Assembly (NCBI GenBank): GCA_965287045.1
Contig: OZ336878.1
Span: forward strand, 69,874,001-69,938,000
From: Carcharhinus amblyrhynchos
Taxonomy: Eukaryota
Reading direction: 5' to 3'
Length of the DNA: 64,000 nucleotides
A program made the translations under genes and the position numbers. Under the pieces are notes generated by a model. The model was not told where the DNA came from, did no database searches, and saw only the letters and a list, made by a program, of their open reading frames with translations. Positions 39,080 to 52,600 of the stretch are shown piece after piece (within the stretch, counting starts at the first letter, position 1; each line of letters opens with the position of its first letter).

Positions 39080-39383
39080 GTATTATGTTTCACTTCAATA
39101 GCTAGTGCATTTTTATTAAAATGATGAACATGCTTGTTGTAGTTACATTGTATCCTATTGTTTCATTTGTTGTGATACGTTAGTGTTTCTGATTCTGTGT
39201 TCAATGCTAAAAGTGCAGACCTTCCTGCATGACACTGTTGAGTAGCATAATTTTTAACGCAAAAGACTGGCAAAGTATTTACTGGATGAAAGAGACTTGA
39301 GAGGGTAACCAAAACCTGCTTGAGATCTCTGAAGGGGAGAGAAATGGAGAACTTTTTAGGAGGATCGCTGCTGCTAAAGGTGC

Positions 39384-39586
39384 CAGTGAGAAGTCTGTCA
39401 ACGCCAGGTTAAAGACCAACTGCTTTATTTGGTATCACAAGCTTTTGGAGTGCTGCTCCTTCGTGACTCTTCTGATGAAGGAACAGCGCTGTGAAAGCTT
39501 GCGATACCAAATAAATCTTTTGGACTTAACCTGATGTTGAGTGACTTGATGTGCCCACCCCAGTCCAACGCTGGCATCTCCACATC
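39384..39586. mobile_element. Miniature inverted pair of PLE termini with hammerhead core
   Basis: Diverged ~80-bp inverted arms; CTGATGA (39472) and GAAA (39493); tail gtgcccaccccagtccaacgctggcatctccacat; flanking direct repeat aaaggtgccagtg (39376 and 39587). Confidence 0.82.
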
Positions 39587-40217
39587 AAAGGTGCCAGTGT
39601 GGAGTGAAGACTGGGGGTTGTGTGCTCAAATTGCTGGGAACAGAATTTGAAGGGAATATGGGTCTGGAGGAAAGTGCAGGAGTGGGATGAAGAGGAGGTA
39701 AAACTTAAAAATATGAAGTTTTTGAGCTCAGAACAGCAAGCCAGTGTAGTTCAGTGAGGGCTACGGTGAAAGTAAAGCAGGACTCAGTTTTGGCTAATTT
39801 GGAATTAGTGAAGGAAGGGAGACTAGCAAGTTGATTTGCAGTTTGTGACAGCAAGTTTTGCACAACTATCAGGATAAAGCTAATGACAATAACTGTTTGA
39901 GGTACATGATATAGCAATTTTAGGGGGCAAATCTGAGTTAAATGTGAATATTTGGTTTATCTGGATTGTATCATCAACATAACCAAAACAGCAATTTGCT
40001 ATCTGTCTTGACAATGACTTGGAGTTGCACCTTGAACTTTGAATGCCACAAAGTTGCTGCATTCACGCAACAGATAAATGAAATTCACCATGGATATTTC
40101 AAGTGATTTAAGTACCTTTTTTTAATGATTAATTTCTGCTAAACTGCCTGTAGCAATTAAGTTATGGCATTGCTCATTTATTCCTTCAGGTTTTGAATGT
40201 TTCAGATGTTCATATAT

Positions 40218-40519
40218 CATAGAAACCTTTCAGTGCAGAAACAGACCCTTCGGCCCATCGAGTCTGCACCGACCACAATCCCACCCAGGCCCTATCCCCA
40301 TATTCTACACATTTTACCCGCTAATCCCTCTAACCTACACATCCCAGGACACTAAGGGGCAATTTTAGCATGACCAATCAACCTAACCCGCACATCTTTG
40401 GACAGTGGGAGGAAACTGGAGCACTCGGAGGAAACCCACGCAGACACGAGGAGAATGTGCAAACTCCACACAGACAGTGACCCGAGCTGGGAATTGAACC
40501 CAGGTCCCTGGAGCTGTGA
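40218..40519 (-). mobile_element. HE1-type SINE
   Basis: Reverse complement of the 22079 family. Confidence 0.88.
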
Positions 40520-41410
40520 TCCTCCACCTCAGGCAGGCTTACTTCCTGCCCTGGTGACCTGCACTTACACTCACTAAAGTAGACTTCAACTCCTTTAATT
40601 CACCCTTTTTTCATAAACATTCCAGTGTTTATTATTATTTGTGAAGGAAATAATGATTGTCCTGTTTGGAGTCTCAATCTGGTGTAAGTTGCATTTGAAT
40701 ATGATGGTTCACTTATTTGATTGAGATATAGTACTAATTATTCCATTTTCAAGTTATTGAATGGATGTTCCTAATTTTGACTGAGCGGCATCCACATCAT
40801 ATTGTCGGTATTCTGTAACATTATTGTTTTGTGTCCCGTGACAACTGGATAGCACAGTGGCTCATCACACAATTATGACCTTTTTTGACATTTTTCGAAA
40901 TGTTAGGTGAATGGGTAATAGGTGAAATGGGTTTGGATTAGTGTTGACCCAATTTACTATCAATATTTGGTCTCCCTACTTTGAGTGGGGCAATGACATT
41001 TCGGAAATAAAAATAACTTTGTATAAAATTCCCTTTCAAGGTTGGGAGTTAAGTTGTGGATTGAGGCGAGTGGAACTTGCTGTACAATATAGCGAGTACA
41101 TTGGGATGCTTTACTACATTTAAAGGCTGCTTTATAAATGCAAGCTGTTGTAGCTGTTCTGGAAATGCTCATTCTTGCTGAGCACTAAAATTATTCAGTT
41201 CCCTAATGTTGCCTCCTGATCGTAAACATTCATTAGTTGTAAGGGATGGGTGAGGTTCAAAACTTCAAACTTTTGCATTCTCTCAGTGCTTTTATCATTT
41301 TTATGAAAATATCACTTTAACAATATGTCAAAAGCAAGCATTTGTACTTGGTTATCTATCAGTATAAAAATGTTAAGAGCTTATGGTTGCATTAAAATAT
41401 TGCCTTGCAG

Positions 41411-41478
41411 AGCAATTCAGCAATTCTAATGGAAAATATGGACCTGTACATGTTAAACCCATGCAGCGCCAAAATTTG
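41411..41478 (+). CDS. SUCO: SUCO coding exon (~exon 9), SUN domain
   Basis: SNSAILMENMDLYMLNPCSAKI(W); ttgcag / tg|gtaagt. Confidence 0.96.
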
Positions 41479-41679
41479 GTAAGTTACAACTCTTGACATT
41501 GCTTCATGTAAAGACTGTGTATGAAAAGGCCATGAGCTTCCAAACTAAATAATGCAGGTGTATACTTAATGTATTGCTCTGTTTTTCACATTGGTCATAC
41601 AGATGAACAAAAAAGATCCTAAAGATTGGCTTAGTTTAAGGTTTTTAATTGCATCTGAATATGACATTCTTCTCCACAG

Positions 41680-41787
41680 GTTTGTAATAGAGTTATGTGA
41701 ACCAATCCAAGTCAGACAACTTGACATTGCAAACTTTGAGTTATTTTCCTCTACACCAAAGGACTTTCTAGTTTCTATAAGTGACAG
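41680..41787 (+). CDS. SUCO: SUCO coding exon (~exon 10), SUN domain
   Basis: [35 protein letters not shown](R); ccacag / ag|gtatgt. Confidence 0.97.
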
Positions 41788-42080
41788 GTATGTTATATTT
41801 TAAGCTGGAAATAATGTGGTAAAGGTATGTAAGCTACATAATAATCAGTGCAACACAGCTGTTGGTGATCAAGATGGTATATATCAGTTTAACTGCTGGA
41901 TTAGTAAAATTCAACATGTGTCCATTATATACCAGCATATAACATTCAACTGATCTGTTAATGCCCACTTTACCCCTTCACAGAAATTGAAGTTTACTGT
42001 TACTTTTTTACATATAGCTGTGGTTAATACTTAATGGTTTTTGTACTTCAATTTGTTTTTGTGTCTATGTTCACGTGCAG

Positions 42081-42186
42081 GTATCCCACCAATAAATGGG
42101 TTAAACTAGGGAAATTCCACGCCCTGGATGAGAGAACTGTGCAAAGCTTTCCTTTAGATGAGCAAATGTATGCCAAGTATGTCAAG
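42081..42186 (+). CDS. SUCO: SUCO coding exon (~exon 11), SUN domain
   Basis: [35 protein letters not shown]; tgcag / aag|gtaaga. Confidence 0.97.
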
Positions 42187-43756
42187 GTAAGAACTACAAA
42201 TGTCAAAATGGAGGGGAAAATGTGAATAGGAAGTCTGCTCTGGCTTCAGTAATTATAATGTTTGGTAGTAAATACTTTGTTTCATGAACTTCTGACAGTA
42301 TTGTGACCTGCATTATCTGCCAGATCTGCAAATGGTGTACGCGTTGTTAAGTTTTGCAGTAATGTGTACTCAATGTATGACCCTGAGTGTTGCATGTAAA
42401 TATTTGACTTTGGTTTATTCACTGCTATATATGCAACAAGACTTGTGCACCCAGTGGGACCCCAGTACAAGCATACTTGTGACTGGCTTTTGACTAAGAC
42501 AGGCTTAAAAAGAAGAATCTTGATGGCATTTATGTTTCTCCACGTTCCCAACTATGTTAAAGACAAGTCACAGTTCTGAAAATAGCCAATGAAGATTGAT
42601 TTAAGGTTGTATACTGAATCTACCAAGCATAATGCATAGAAGATTATACACAAAACATTTTCACTGGAGGCTGTTGAAGCTAAAATTTCTAATGTTCAAT
42701 GACCTATTTAAAAGTGCACTTTGAACTGCAGTCATACCACCAGAGGGCGCTCAACAGCAACACATCACCTTAAAAGCATTTACGTTTTCAGACAGCAATT
42801 CTATATCAATCAAAACAACAGCAGTTTTCCCCAAGATAGCAAACAATTGTTTTCAAAGCTACCCACAAAACTTCAAATTTTACTTAGACCAATCAGTAGG
42901 TAATATGATTCATGGCTGGATTGAAGATTCTTGTCTTGTGATTTTCTTCTTTTGATAAGACATAGAATATTTTGTAATTGCTCTACTGTGATTGCATTTT
43001 GATGGCAGCAATCACGAATCAACTCTAATTTTTTTATAGTGCCAGCTTTTGAGCACTTATGATGGCCTTTGCTTAACTAAAAGACATCCTTTTTATAAGA
43101 TTAGATGAGTACTTTGCTTGCTTTATTTTTCACCTCTGTGAAATGGGGCACTCCAGTATCTCTCACTGATTTCCTTGTCAACTCAGCAAGACTCCCTCGG
43201 TGAAAGTACAGGAGGGTGGAGTGTTAGTTGATTTGGATTTGTAGTCTGCTGGACTGGAGTCTCTGTTGCGGATGTATTGGCTAAAGAACTATTTTCCAGC
43301 ACAAAGACCTCTTTTATAACTGAAAGCTAATACTTTCAAGCACTATGCTGTCGCTTGAGAAATGGCTGGAGATCTTTTTGAAATTACTGAAACATAGTGC
43401 TGATTTAATATCGATTGGAAATTTGTATAATGCAGCGTATACAAGGCTTAAGATTTCTGTAAAGCCTTAAAATCAGTAAAATTAAGGTTTCACAAATATT
43501 CTATACTACTGTTTCTGAAGTTTTCAGTAATTTCACTGATTTTAGCTTTCTAGATTTCTAAGTATCTGGATAGAGATTTTTCTGCTTGTCTTGATATTTC
43601 TTTCAGTCCATCTTTAGAGCACAATATTTAAAGGAAACCATGGGGTGGGAGGGGGGATTTGAGAATAATCGTACTTTTTGAGCTTGTAGCATGTAGTAAT
43701 CTATCTTGACTGTTACTACTCTTACTGACATCTTTTATCCCTTTCTCTTGCTTCAG

Positions 43757-43777
43757 ATGTTCATCAAATACATAAAG
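43757..43777 (+). CDS. SUCO: SUCO 21-nt microexon (MFIKYIK)
   Basis: Polypyrimidine tract ...ctcttgcttcag, atgttcatcaaatacataaag, gttagc donor; same peptide as the MFIKYIK segment of mammalian SUCO. Confidence 0.93.
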
Positions 43778-45642
43778 GTTAGCATTATTAGAAGTTAAAC
43801 ACCGGATTGGGAAATTCCTTTTCGGAGGCACTGCAAGCATGCATGAAATCCAGTATTGCATGCCTTTTATTAAGTAATGTGCATTGGCAAAACAAGCTTG
43901 CTTGAATAAATGTCTCTTTATAGCAGCACTAGTGCAAGTGGGGAATTTTATATTTTTACTTTTGTCACTGTCTTAATACCCTCAAATCACTTCTTGAAGT
44001 TTGGTGAAAATCTGTGTCCAATAAATCTAATATTTCAATGAATTAGTTAAGTTCCCGGTCAGGTTAAAACCTGCCAGTTACCACTAACATTCCCCATGTG
44101 GTGACTGAAGCTTTAGCACAGAGCATTGTGCGCTGAATGTGTGGAATACTGATTTGTGTTTAAACAACAAATATATTTCAGTGATGTTTCCAGCATTGTC
44201 ATGATGTGGAAGTTAATTTATTTCTATGGAAGTTTTTATGGATTCCATTGAAACCCATGTTCCCATTTCCAAACAATAATGATTTATGACTTTGCATACA
44301 ATTCATATTTAAAAAAAACCAAGTGAACTGAGAATAGTCACTAGTTTCATTGTCAGGCAGCTGCTGCCCATCTCGATCACCTGACCTAAATTGCTGGTCT
44401 TGCGTTAAAAATGAGTGACAATGAGTAGTTTAACCTCTACGTTGGCAATTTATCGTCAGTAAGAAGTTGAATTGCCATACAGCTGGTTCAATTTTAAGCT
44501 TTTTATAAAAAATGTAAAATTTATTCTTTTGTTCATTGTTTTCTTTTAAAAATTTTTTTGAAAAATCAATCTTATTAACTTGAGCTTTAAATACCATATC
44601 TATTTAAATACTGGAGCATTATTTCAGCACATACTGGATTTTCATCAAACTTGACTGTTAGGGTCATCAGCTTTTAAATTCCTTTTAAAAAGAAAACACT
44701 CTGTAAACCAGTAATATACTTGGTTATTCTTTACTAATATTCATGAAGGTCATTGGCAACCATATAACTTTGTTTCTATACTCTTGCCGAATACCATTTT
44801 AGTACATTTCTTTTTGAAAGGAAGCACGTGAACATGTTTCCCAAACTGAATTTGTAAATTGAACGTGTTTAGGTACGAGCCATTTGATAAGTGAATTCAT
44901 CAGGCTGCATTCCCTTAAAAAGGAGTGTATGAAATCTTGTAATTTCTGAAATACCATGTTTAAAAAAAATCATGCAAAGCTATGAATTGTTTACAATTAT
45001 GATCTGATTTCCAATGTATACAATCTTCAGTGATTTGTAATTAGTTGGAAGTCATTTTTGTGCTGTAAATAAATCCTAGATTTATAATCACATTGAATAA
45101 ATCTTCATGGCTCATTTAAATCCAAGTCTTACAGCTTCCAATGAATTGATTTTGCTTTCTTTTGAATGTTTTTGCTTTTGTTGCATTTCTGTGTACTGAA
45201 GGCTTGAGATTGATGGCCTGTGGGTCTTTGTGCCCCATAGATTAATTTCTAAATTTTCCTGTATAAGGAATTGTTGATCTCCTTGTTGTTTGACTTCATA
45301 GGTGAATATGTGAAGAAATTTTGCTGTCCTTTTTGAATAAGAGCATGCAGTGTAATCAAATTACGTTACCGGGACGTGCTTTTTCATTATTATACAAGAG
45401 AATCCCTTTACACAGTGTTACTATGTTGCAAGTTGTAAGACTGATTTATTAATTATTTCCTGCATTTTGTTTTTCGTAAGTTGCACTTGAAATGTAACAT
45501 GCTAACACTTTCCTATTTTGCAATGTCACTCCATAGAATTTCTGTTCTTGTTGTTTTCTTTCTGAATAATTTCACCCACGTTTTACTCCTAACTCAATTA
45601 ATTTGTTGACATATGTTAATTCAACATTTGCCTTTTTCATAG

Positions 45643-45698
45643 GTAGAATTAGTATCGCACTTTGGTTCAGAACATTTTTGTCCCCTTAGCCTCATAAG
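45643..45698 (+). CDS. SUCO: SUCO coding exon (~exon 13), SUN domain
   Basis: VELVSHFGSEHFCPLSLI(R); tttcatag / ag|gtaaga. Confidence 0.97.
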
Positions 45699-45939
45699 GT
45701 AAGACTTTAGTAGAAATTCACTGACTGCATGAACCAGTGTTAATGTCAGACAATAAAGGCCATTTTTCCAATCAGTGCTTTCCACCCCAGAGATCACACC
45801 CTGGAATCTTAACTGCGTAGAAACTATGTTAGCATCTAATTTCACTTTTACTGGCTGTAACTAAACAGAAGGCAGGCACCTGCATTAGTTCAGAACCATA
45901 AAGCTTGAATAAAATGCAGTATATTTGTTGGTCTAGTAT

Positions 45940-46465
45940 TGTGTACACAATACAGTTCTGGCCACCACATTATAGGAAAGTCATAATTGCTCCAAAGGGA
46001 GTGCAGAGAAGATTTACTAGAATGTTGCCAGGGGAGGAAAATCATAGCTATGAGGAGAGATTGGAGAGGTTGGGGTTGTTTTCCTTTTGAACGGAGAAGA
46101 CTGGGGGGGGGGGGGGGGGTGACATGATTAAGGCATGCAGAATTGAGGGGCAGAGCGAAAGTAGACAGGGTTCCCTTGGCAGAGAGTCCAAAAACCAGGA
46201 GTCATAGCATAAACGGAAGAAGGATTCAAGAAAAGTTTTGTGCAGAGGGTGGTAGATGTCTGGAATTCATTGCCTGAGTTGGTAGTCAGGGCAGAAACAC
46301 TCAATGTGTTTTAAAAACAATCAGCATCTTAAGTGCTGTAAGTTGCAGGCCTATTGCCCATGTGCAGGAAGGTGGGATGAGAAAGGGCATGTGGGTGTCT
46401 TTGGATTCACATGGATAGGATGGGCTGAATGGTCCACTTTATGCTTTTTTTATTTCTATGGGTCT
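45940..46465 (+). mobile_element. CR1 LINE 3' fragment with a G17 run
   Basis: QFWPPHYRK...GVQRRFTRMLPG...SYEERLERLGLFS; tail gggctgaatgg...ttctatg. Confidence 0.85.
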
Positions 46466-47041
46466 ATTAGCTTGGTAACTCTTGCTTGAAAAAAAAATCT
46501 AGTTACAATCCATAGAATTTAGTTTGTAGCAAAAGCATAAACAAAGCATGTTCCGGACAAGAATGCTAGACGTATTGAGATTTAATAAACTTTTTGTCTT
46601 GGAGCATGTCCGAGCTGCTTTCTCAAAATAATTGACAGTTTCATACAAGACTAAGTGACAGCTATGAAAATCCAAGAAAGTGAAGCTGAATTTATTTGCA
46701 ATAGGGTTCACTGCTTGTTGTTTAATGCATATTATTGAAACCTAATCTAGATGTCAAGATTAAGGTAGAAGCGTTTGATGGGTGTAAAATTGACATTTAC
46801 CCTTGAGAATCATAGAGTACAAGATCTAAAGGTTTGGAAGAGAAACAAATTAAAGCTGTGGCAATGGACAAATTTACTTAAGTTTTACTTGCTCACTTGT
46901 AAAGGGAATGAGAGGGAGAAAACCATACCACCTGGTAGTTCCACATGACTGATCAGTATCTTAAAAGAGGAAAGGGTGGCTGATTAGTTGGTGTTTTCCA
47001 TTCCTTTTTTACAATAGAAGTAATGACACAATTTTGTGCAG

Positions 47042-47133
47042 GGTGTTTGGTACCAGCATGGTGGAAGAATATGAAGAAATTGCTGAATCGCAGTACAATG
47101 CAGAGCGTCTGGAATACCTTGATGAAGATTATG
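47042..47133 (+). CDS. SUCO: SUCO coding exon (~exon 14)
   Basis: [30 protein letters not shown]; tgtgcag / g|gtatga. Confidence 0.97.
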
Positions 47134-50100
47134 GTATGAGATTTTATATGGTTTTTCTTATCTCCGTGATGACTTGATTAGTTACTTGAGTAAGATGGTA
47201 TTGAAGGAAAGCAGTTTGCAGGCTGAAATCACATTGTGTAGCCTTTTGTGTCCTCTCTATAATGTGAAAAAAATCCCATTGCTGTGAATTGCTTTCCCTA
47301 CTGGTCTGGTTAAAGACCGCTAAAACTTCCATCACTCCAGTTTGCCTGTCACATCTGAGCATTACATAAGCTTGAGTAGACTGGTCAGTGGCAGTACTGT
47401 ATTGGGAATTTGTAAGTTAAGTGTGCATGAAATAATTCAAGCCTCACACTGAAGTAGAACAAGTGGCTATAACTGCCACTATTTAATGTTTATGTACTTC
47501 AGGTTGACAAATAGTTTAGCCATATGTTCAATTTCACATGGAGGTATTTCATGCTAAGCAGCTATCTCTTCAATATGGAAAATCTTCACTTTGAATAGGC
47601 ATGCGTTGTATTGCGTAGAACACGTACAGCACAGAAATGGTTCATGTGGCGCAATAGTTTATGCTACTGCATTTACTCATCAAGCATCTCCCCATTCTAG
47701 CCAACTTGTCTCAACTTTTCAGTTTCTATCATTTTTCTCAACTGCATTTCTAGTTTTGAAAGCATCTAAGGATGGGTGAATTCTTATCATATGTTGCTTT
47801 ATATATGGCTCAGTAAAATGGCTTTCAGTTTTGATGTCTTTCTAATTAGATTTCATTCAATGTTTGATGTAAGCAGAAATGATTTGGGTATTTCCTGGTT
47901 AATTTGTGCAGTTTCTATTTCTATCAGCTTCTACTTAACAGTTTATTTCTCAAGATTTAATACTTCATTAAAATCTTTAAGTCCATCAAAAGAGATTGTC
48001 ACCGCCTAAAGAAGCGTGCTGAAATTATTGAAAGTTGAACTCTTTAGGAATGGGGTGAGACGTTCAAGGAGAAAAAACTTTATGGAAAGTGATGTTAGGC
48101 AGCAACAGAGCATACCCATTGTAATTAAAATAAGAATTCCTGATTTCCATTGTTATCTTGCTATTTTCATTTAGAATTTCTTCATCCACTTCCTTCTGCC
48201 CCTCCATTAACCAAGATTTTCCATCTTGTGGTTAATGGGAAGACAGAAGATATCTGCTTGTTTGGAGAGAGTGAATTTGTCATTCATTTTATTTTTGGTT
48301 ACACTTTGGCCACAAAGATATAAATATCAGATTCCTTTCCCAGCCTCAAGTAGAAGTTATGTACATTAGGTAATGAAAAATGGACAGCAAAATCTTGATG
48401 CTGAGTATGCCAGAGAAACAGCATGCTGTCAGAAAGAATTGGTGCAGTGCAGTTTGTTCTCAAATCCGAATTCTCCATTTCAGTGGTGGAGGGAAGTGCC
48501 AGGGGAGCCTGCCTGCTTATCATACCACCATACGATAGGCGTCCAACTGGAACTGGAATGAGGTTTTTTTTGCTGTATTTAGTCGATTGGAGAGTACCAA
48601 TTCACTCAGATTTTATAATTTGTTGGTTGTGCGCTGTGGGAGAAAATGAACGCAATTCCTTCTATTTAAAACATAGAAGCAAACAGCAAAATATTTCCAT
48701 ATCTATTTATATTTGATTACTCACCTAATGTGAGATGTGGCTAAAATGTTTTGGTGTCCACCCCCCGCTGATGTTTCTTGACGACAGGTTTCACCTATTG
48801 ATTGACCTTTCCCTCGTTCCTCCTTCATCCACATTTTCTAATTTAAGAAGTTCCATTGTCTACTTCAGTGTAGCCCTCTAAAATTAAAATAGGTTTCTTG
48901 CCACTAATATATGTAGGCTGCAATGGGCATGGCTATATTAAATCTTAAAATGTAAAATTTAATACCCATGTTAAATTAACATTCACTCAATGCAAGCCTG
49001 ACAGAGTAGGTCAATCCTACAGTTAACATTTGGCATCAAGCAGCTTGATGATTAATTTCAGCCAAGTTAGAAAAATGTCATTTCAAGAAAGTATACATTT
49101 TCATTTGTATGTTTTTGTAACTTCAAGACACTCCAAAGCACTTAAGTCACTGTTGTAATGTAGTGAAACATAGCAACTGACCTGCATGCAATAAAGACCC
49201 ACAAACTAGTGATAAGGTAATGGTTAGGTTTTGGTTCAGGGTTAAATATTGTCCCGAGTCCTTTTACATTTCTAATAGGATCTTCTGCGTTCATCAGAAA
49301 GCGACTGAAGTTAATTTCAGGTCTCGTTTGAAAGACAGTACCTGCAAACAGTACAGAACTGGTGAGAGAAATGCATTGAAGTGATGGCCAAGGTTTTCGT
49401 ATGGTCTCTGAGGTGACTCGGAATTTAGTGTTACCGATGACTCAACTTAATGAAGTTATGTGGCATTAAATTTTATTCTACAGTTTCTCAGAGCGGTAGC
49501 ATGTAGGTTTGGCAGTCCCAAGCACCTTAAATTGTGAAGTCTTGGTCACTGAGTTGACAGTTCTATAGTCAAAAGAATTGTTTATAATAGCAAAGGAAAA
49601 AAATGTATGTTTACGGAAAGTATTATGTGCCAGAATTAGTGCTGATTTTCTTTAAGCACGTGATGAGCTTATTGGACAGATGGGTATGGAACGTGAATTT
49701 TCTTTGCCTTTTTGTTACAGTTAAGGTGTGATATATTGTACCTTTTTTCAAATGAATTCCTATATATAAAGTTTTAGTGATAAATAGTCCTTGATGCAGT
49801 TTTTTTCCCTTTTGCACCCACTCCTGTAACATTTCCTAAACACTGTTTTGTATAGTGAGGCCAGCAGTATGTGAGGCATTGTTGCCTTGCTCAGTCAAGA
49901 CACAGTTTAAAACTTAACTTAGATTAACAATCCAGGTACAGAGCAATTGGGGAAAGAGTTTTGGGTGGAAATGTACATCACAAATAAAGATACTGACTCA
50001 ACAAAGCAGTCTTTCAAAAATAAAATGTAATATGTTCTGCATAACATTTTTCTGCTTGAGTTCTTGATTACAGTCGATGTATTGATTAGTTCTCTGTTGG

Positions 50101-50467
50101 AGACTAAGCTAAATATCAATTGTGATTTAAACAGTGGACTTAACAATTTCGGACAGATACTTTTGAGATTGTATGAAGGCTGCTCTTTAAGCAGTTAAAA
50201 TTTGGTGCCAATGCTTCTTTATCCTTAAAGCGAAGACTTCCATGTACACTCTTAAATATTGAATGATGGATTAAAACTCAAATTGGAGAAATGCTAACAT
50301 TGAGAAAGGTGCAAACAGTTTTTTGGAACTGGATCTAGTCTATTAGCTTTAAGTTTCAGTTCTTACAAAAGTTGTAGAGACAGGCATTACCTTTATACCC
50401 ACTAACTATAATAAGGATGTATTAATTAAAACTAGAACTCAGTGTCACCAAATGTAAATGTGACAAG

Positions 50468-50600
50468 TTCTGATGAACAGTCATTGACCTGGAATGTTAA
50501 CCATTTCTCTCGCTGCAGGTGCTACGTAACCTGTTGAGTATTTACAACATTTTCTGTTTATTTCACTTTTACCAGCATCTGCAGTATTTTTACTTTTGTT
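50468..50600 (+). mobile_element. Old PLE-type 3' terminus of a second family
   Basis: ttctgatgaa...gtcattgacc...gttaac...cagcatctgcagtatttt; a reverse-complement relative lies at 19355-19487. Confidence 0.55.
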
Positions 50601-51130
50601 TGACAGAGTAGGCCTTGGGCTGCTTTTGTCCATTTTAGATGACAACCATGCAGAGCACGTTACTTTAAAAGGCTAATGATCCACACTCTGCCTGGGAAAT
50701 TGGAGAAAAGTGTGGATGAAGTCATGTGCTTTGCAAGTCACTACTAAAGCGATTTTGATAAAATAAGGAAATTAGCTTCTTGGAACAGTATCTTGATCTT
50801 GATTTCTAAAAGAATTAAACAACCACAGCTTGTTTTTGTTTTCTGTTTGTGCTTGGATTTTGGCAGTATGTGGTTGCGCTGTTTGCAGAGATTCAGAATT
50901 GAGTCTGGGCTCATGAAAAACAAAACTATCATAAGCATTTGTTTCTGAAAATGCAGAATGGCTTTACATTTGTAGTGCATTATTTCTACTGTATGGAGAC
51001 TTTAATCAAAAATCTTGAAGCAATTTTGACAGCTGCTTTCTTCAATTTTAGCAGCTTATGCACTCAATGCTATCTAATGTTTGCATGTAGTTGTTGTGAA
51101 AATGTTTGTATTGTCATTGCTATCAAACAG

Positions 51131-51196
51131 ATTACCCACTGGATTATGGTACTCGAGAAGAAAAATCCTCAAAAAATCTTCTGGGTTCAGCCACAA
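51131..51196 (+). CDS. SUCO: SUCO coding exon (~exon 15)
   Basis: (D)YPLDYGTREEKSSKNLLGSAT; aacag / a|gtgagt. Confidence 0.95.
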
Positions 51197-52280
51197 GTGA
51201 GTTTTTAATTTTTAATTCCCCATTTTGATGGGGTGAATTTCAAAAATTTTGACTGCAAATATATTGCTTTGTGTTCAGGCCTTGAAAATACTCTATTCCC
51301 TTGTACCTCCATCCAACCAGAAATTTGTACTCACTTCTTCCTAGATTATCACTTCAGTCTTCCATGCTGATGTATGTTTGTTTACTGCATTTTATGATTG
51401 GAAGCAGAGTGATGATTTAATTCCTGTTTCCCATTCCCAAACTTTGTAATTTTTCAGATGTGTGGGGAAAGATTTGCATCTTTTTATAGAGAATAAAGAG
51501 GGAGACCAGCTTCATCTGATTTATCCATTCCAGACAACTGGGCTTCTCAACTGGTTCAAAATGTGTGGTCTGTTTTTGTATAATGGATTTAAGTGGGAAA
51601 TGTCCAAGTGTTCTCAGGAGTAATATTGGGTCAGTAGCAGTGGGGGGGAAAATTGTAGTGCCTAAGGTCAGTAATTTTTGAGATCACCCTTGAGTAGACA
51701 GTCATAAAGTGCAGTACTATTCCTTATTCTAAGATCAGAAATCAAATTATTAGCATTAAAACACAAGCTATTGATTTCAAACATTTAAGTATATTGTCCT
51801 TGCAACAAGAGAGATTTAGTTTCCAGAGCTGTTGGTGTGTTTGTCACATCAAACTTAACTACTAACCAGTTATTGGATGACTGTAAATACTCTGCAAAAT
51901 CGTCAAACTGTTCCTTTTGAATGTTGGAGCTATTTAAATGTCTAATTAATGACACTTCTGCAGGAGCTGAAGTATTGCTTTAATGGTGCAGTATTGCCAT
52001 TTGGATTTTAATCAAATTTGACAGTATTTGTATGAAAAATGTGTTGAAGAAACTATATTTGAGCACTGAAAGGAGAATGTATCTGTACTTGACGTAGCAA
52101 TCTCTACAAGTTTTGTTTTAATTTTAGCCAATTTATGAATCCAGAGTGCAAAATCGTTTTCATGCTTCATGTATGTTACCACAACATTGGTCAAAGGTGC
52201 ATTAAAAATCTATCTGACATCATAATATTGTCTTTAAATAAGCTAGAGCCTTACTAGGTATCTTATTTTTAAAAGTACAT

Positions 52281-52600
52281 CATAGAATTCTTACAGTGCA
52301 GAAGGAGACTATTCGGCCCATCAAGTCTGCACTGACTCTCTGGAAGAGCATTCCACCCAGGCCCTAATACCTGTAACCACACATATTTACCACCTTCATT
52401 CCCCTAACCTATACATCTTGGGACACTAAGGGATAATTTAGCATGGCCAATCAACCTAACCTGCACGTCTTTGGAGTGCGAGCAGAAACTAGGGCACCCG
52501 GTTGAAACCCATGGCGACACGGAGAATGTGTAGTCACCCAAGGACAGAGTTGAACCTGGGTCCCTTGTGCTGTGAGGCAACAGTGTCAACCACTGTGACA
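52281..52600 (-). mobile_element. HE1-type SINE
   Basis: Reverse complement of the 22079 family. Confidence 0.85.

Noticed and set aside
38690-39124. 144-aa ORF with a hydrophobic N-terminal half
   Set aside because: Only 38958-39079 matches SUCO; the rest is intron that is open by chance
46103-46119. G17 homopolymer
   Set aside because: Lies within a decayed CR1; simple slippage or sequencing-length uncertainty
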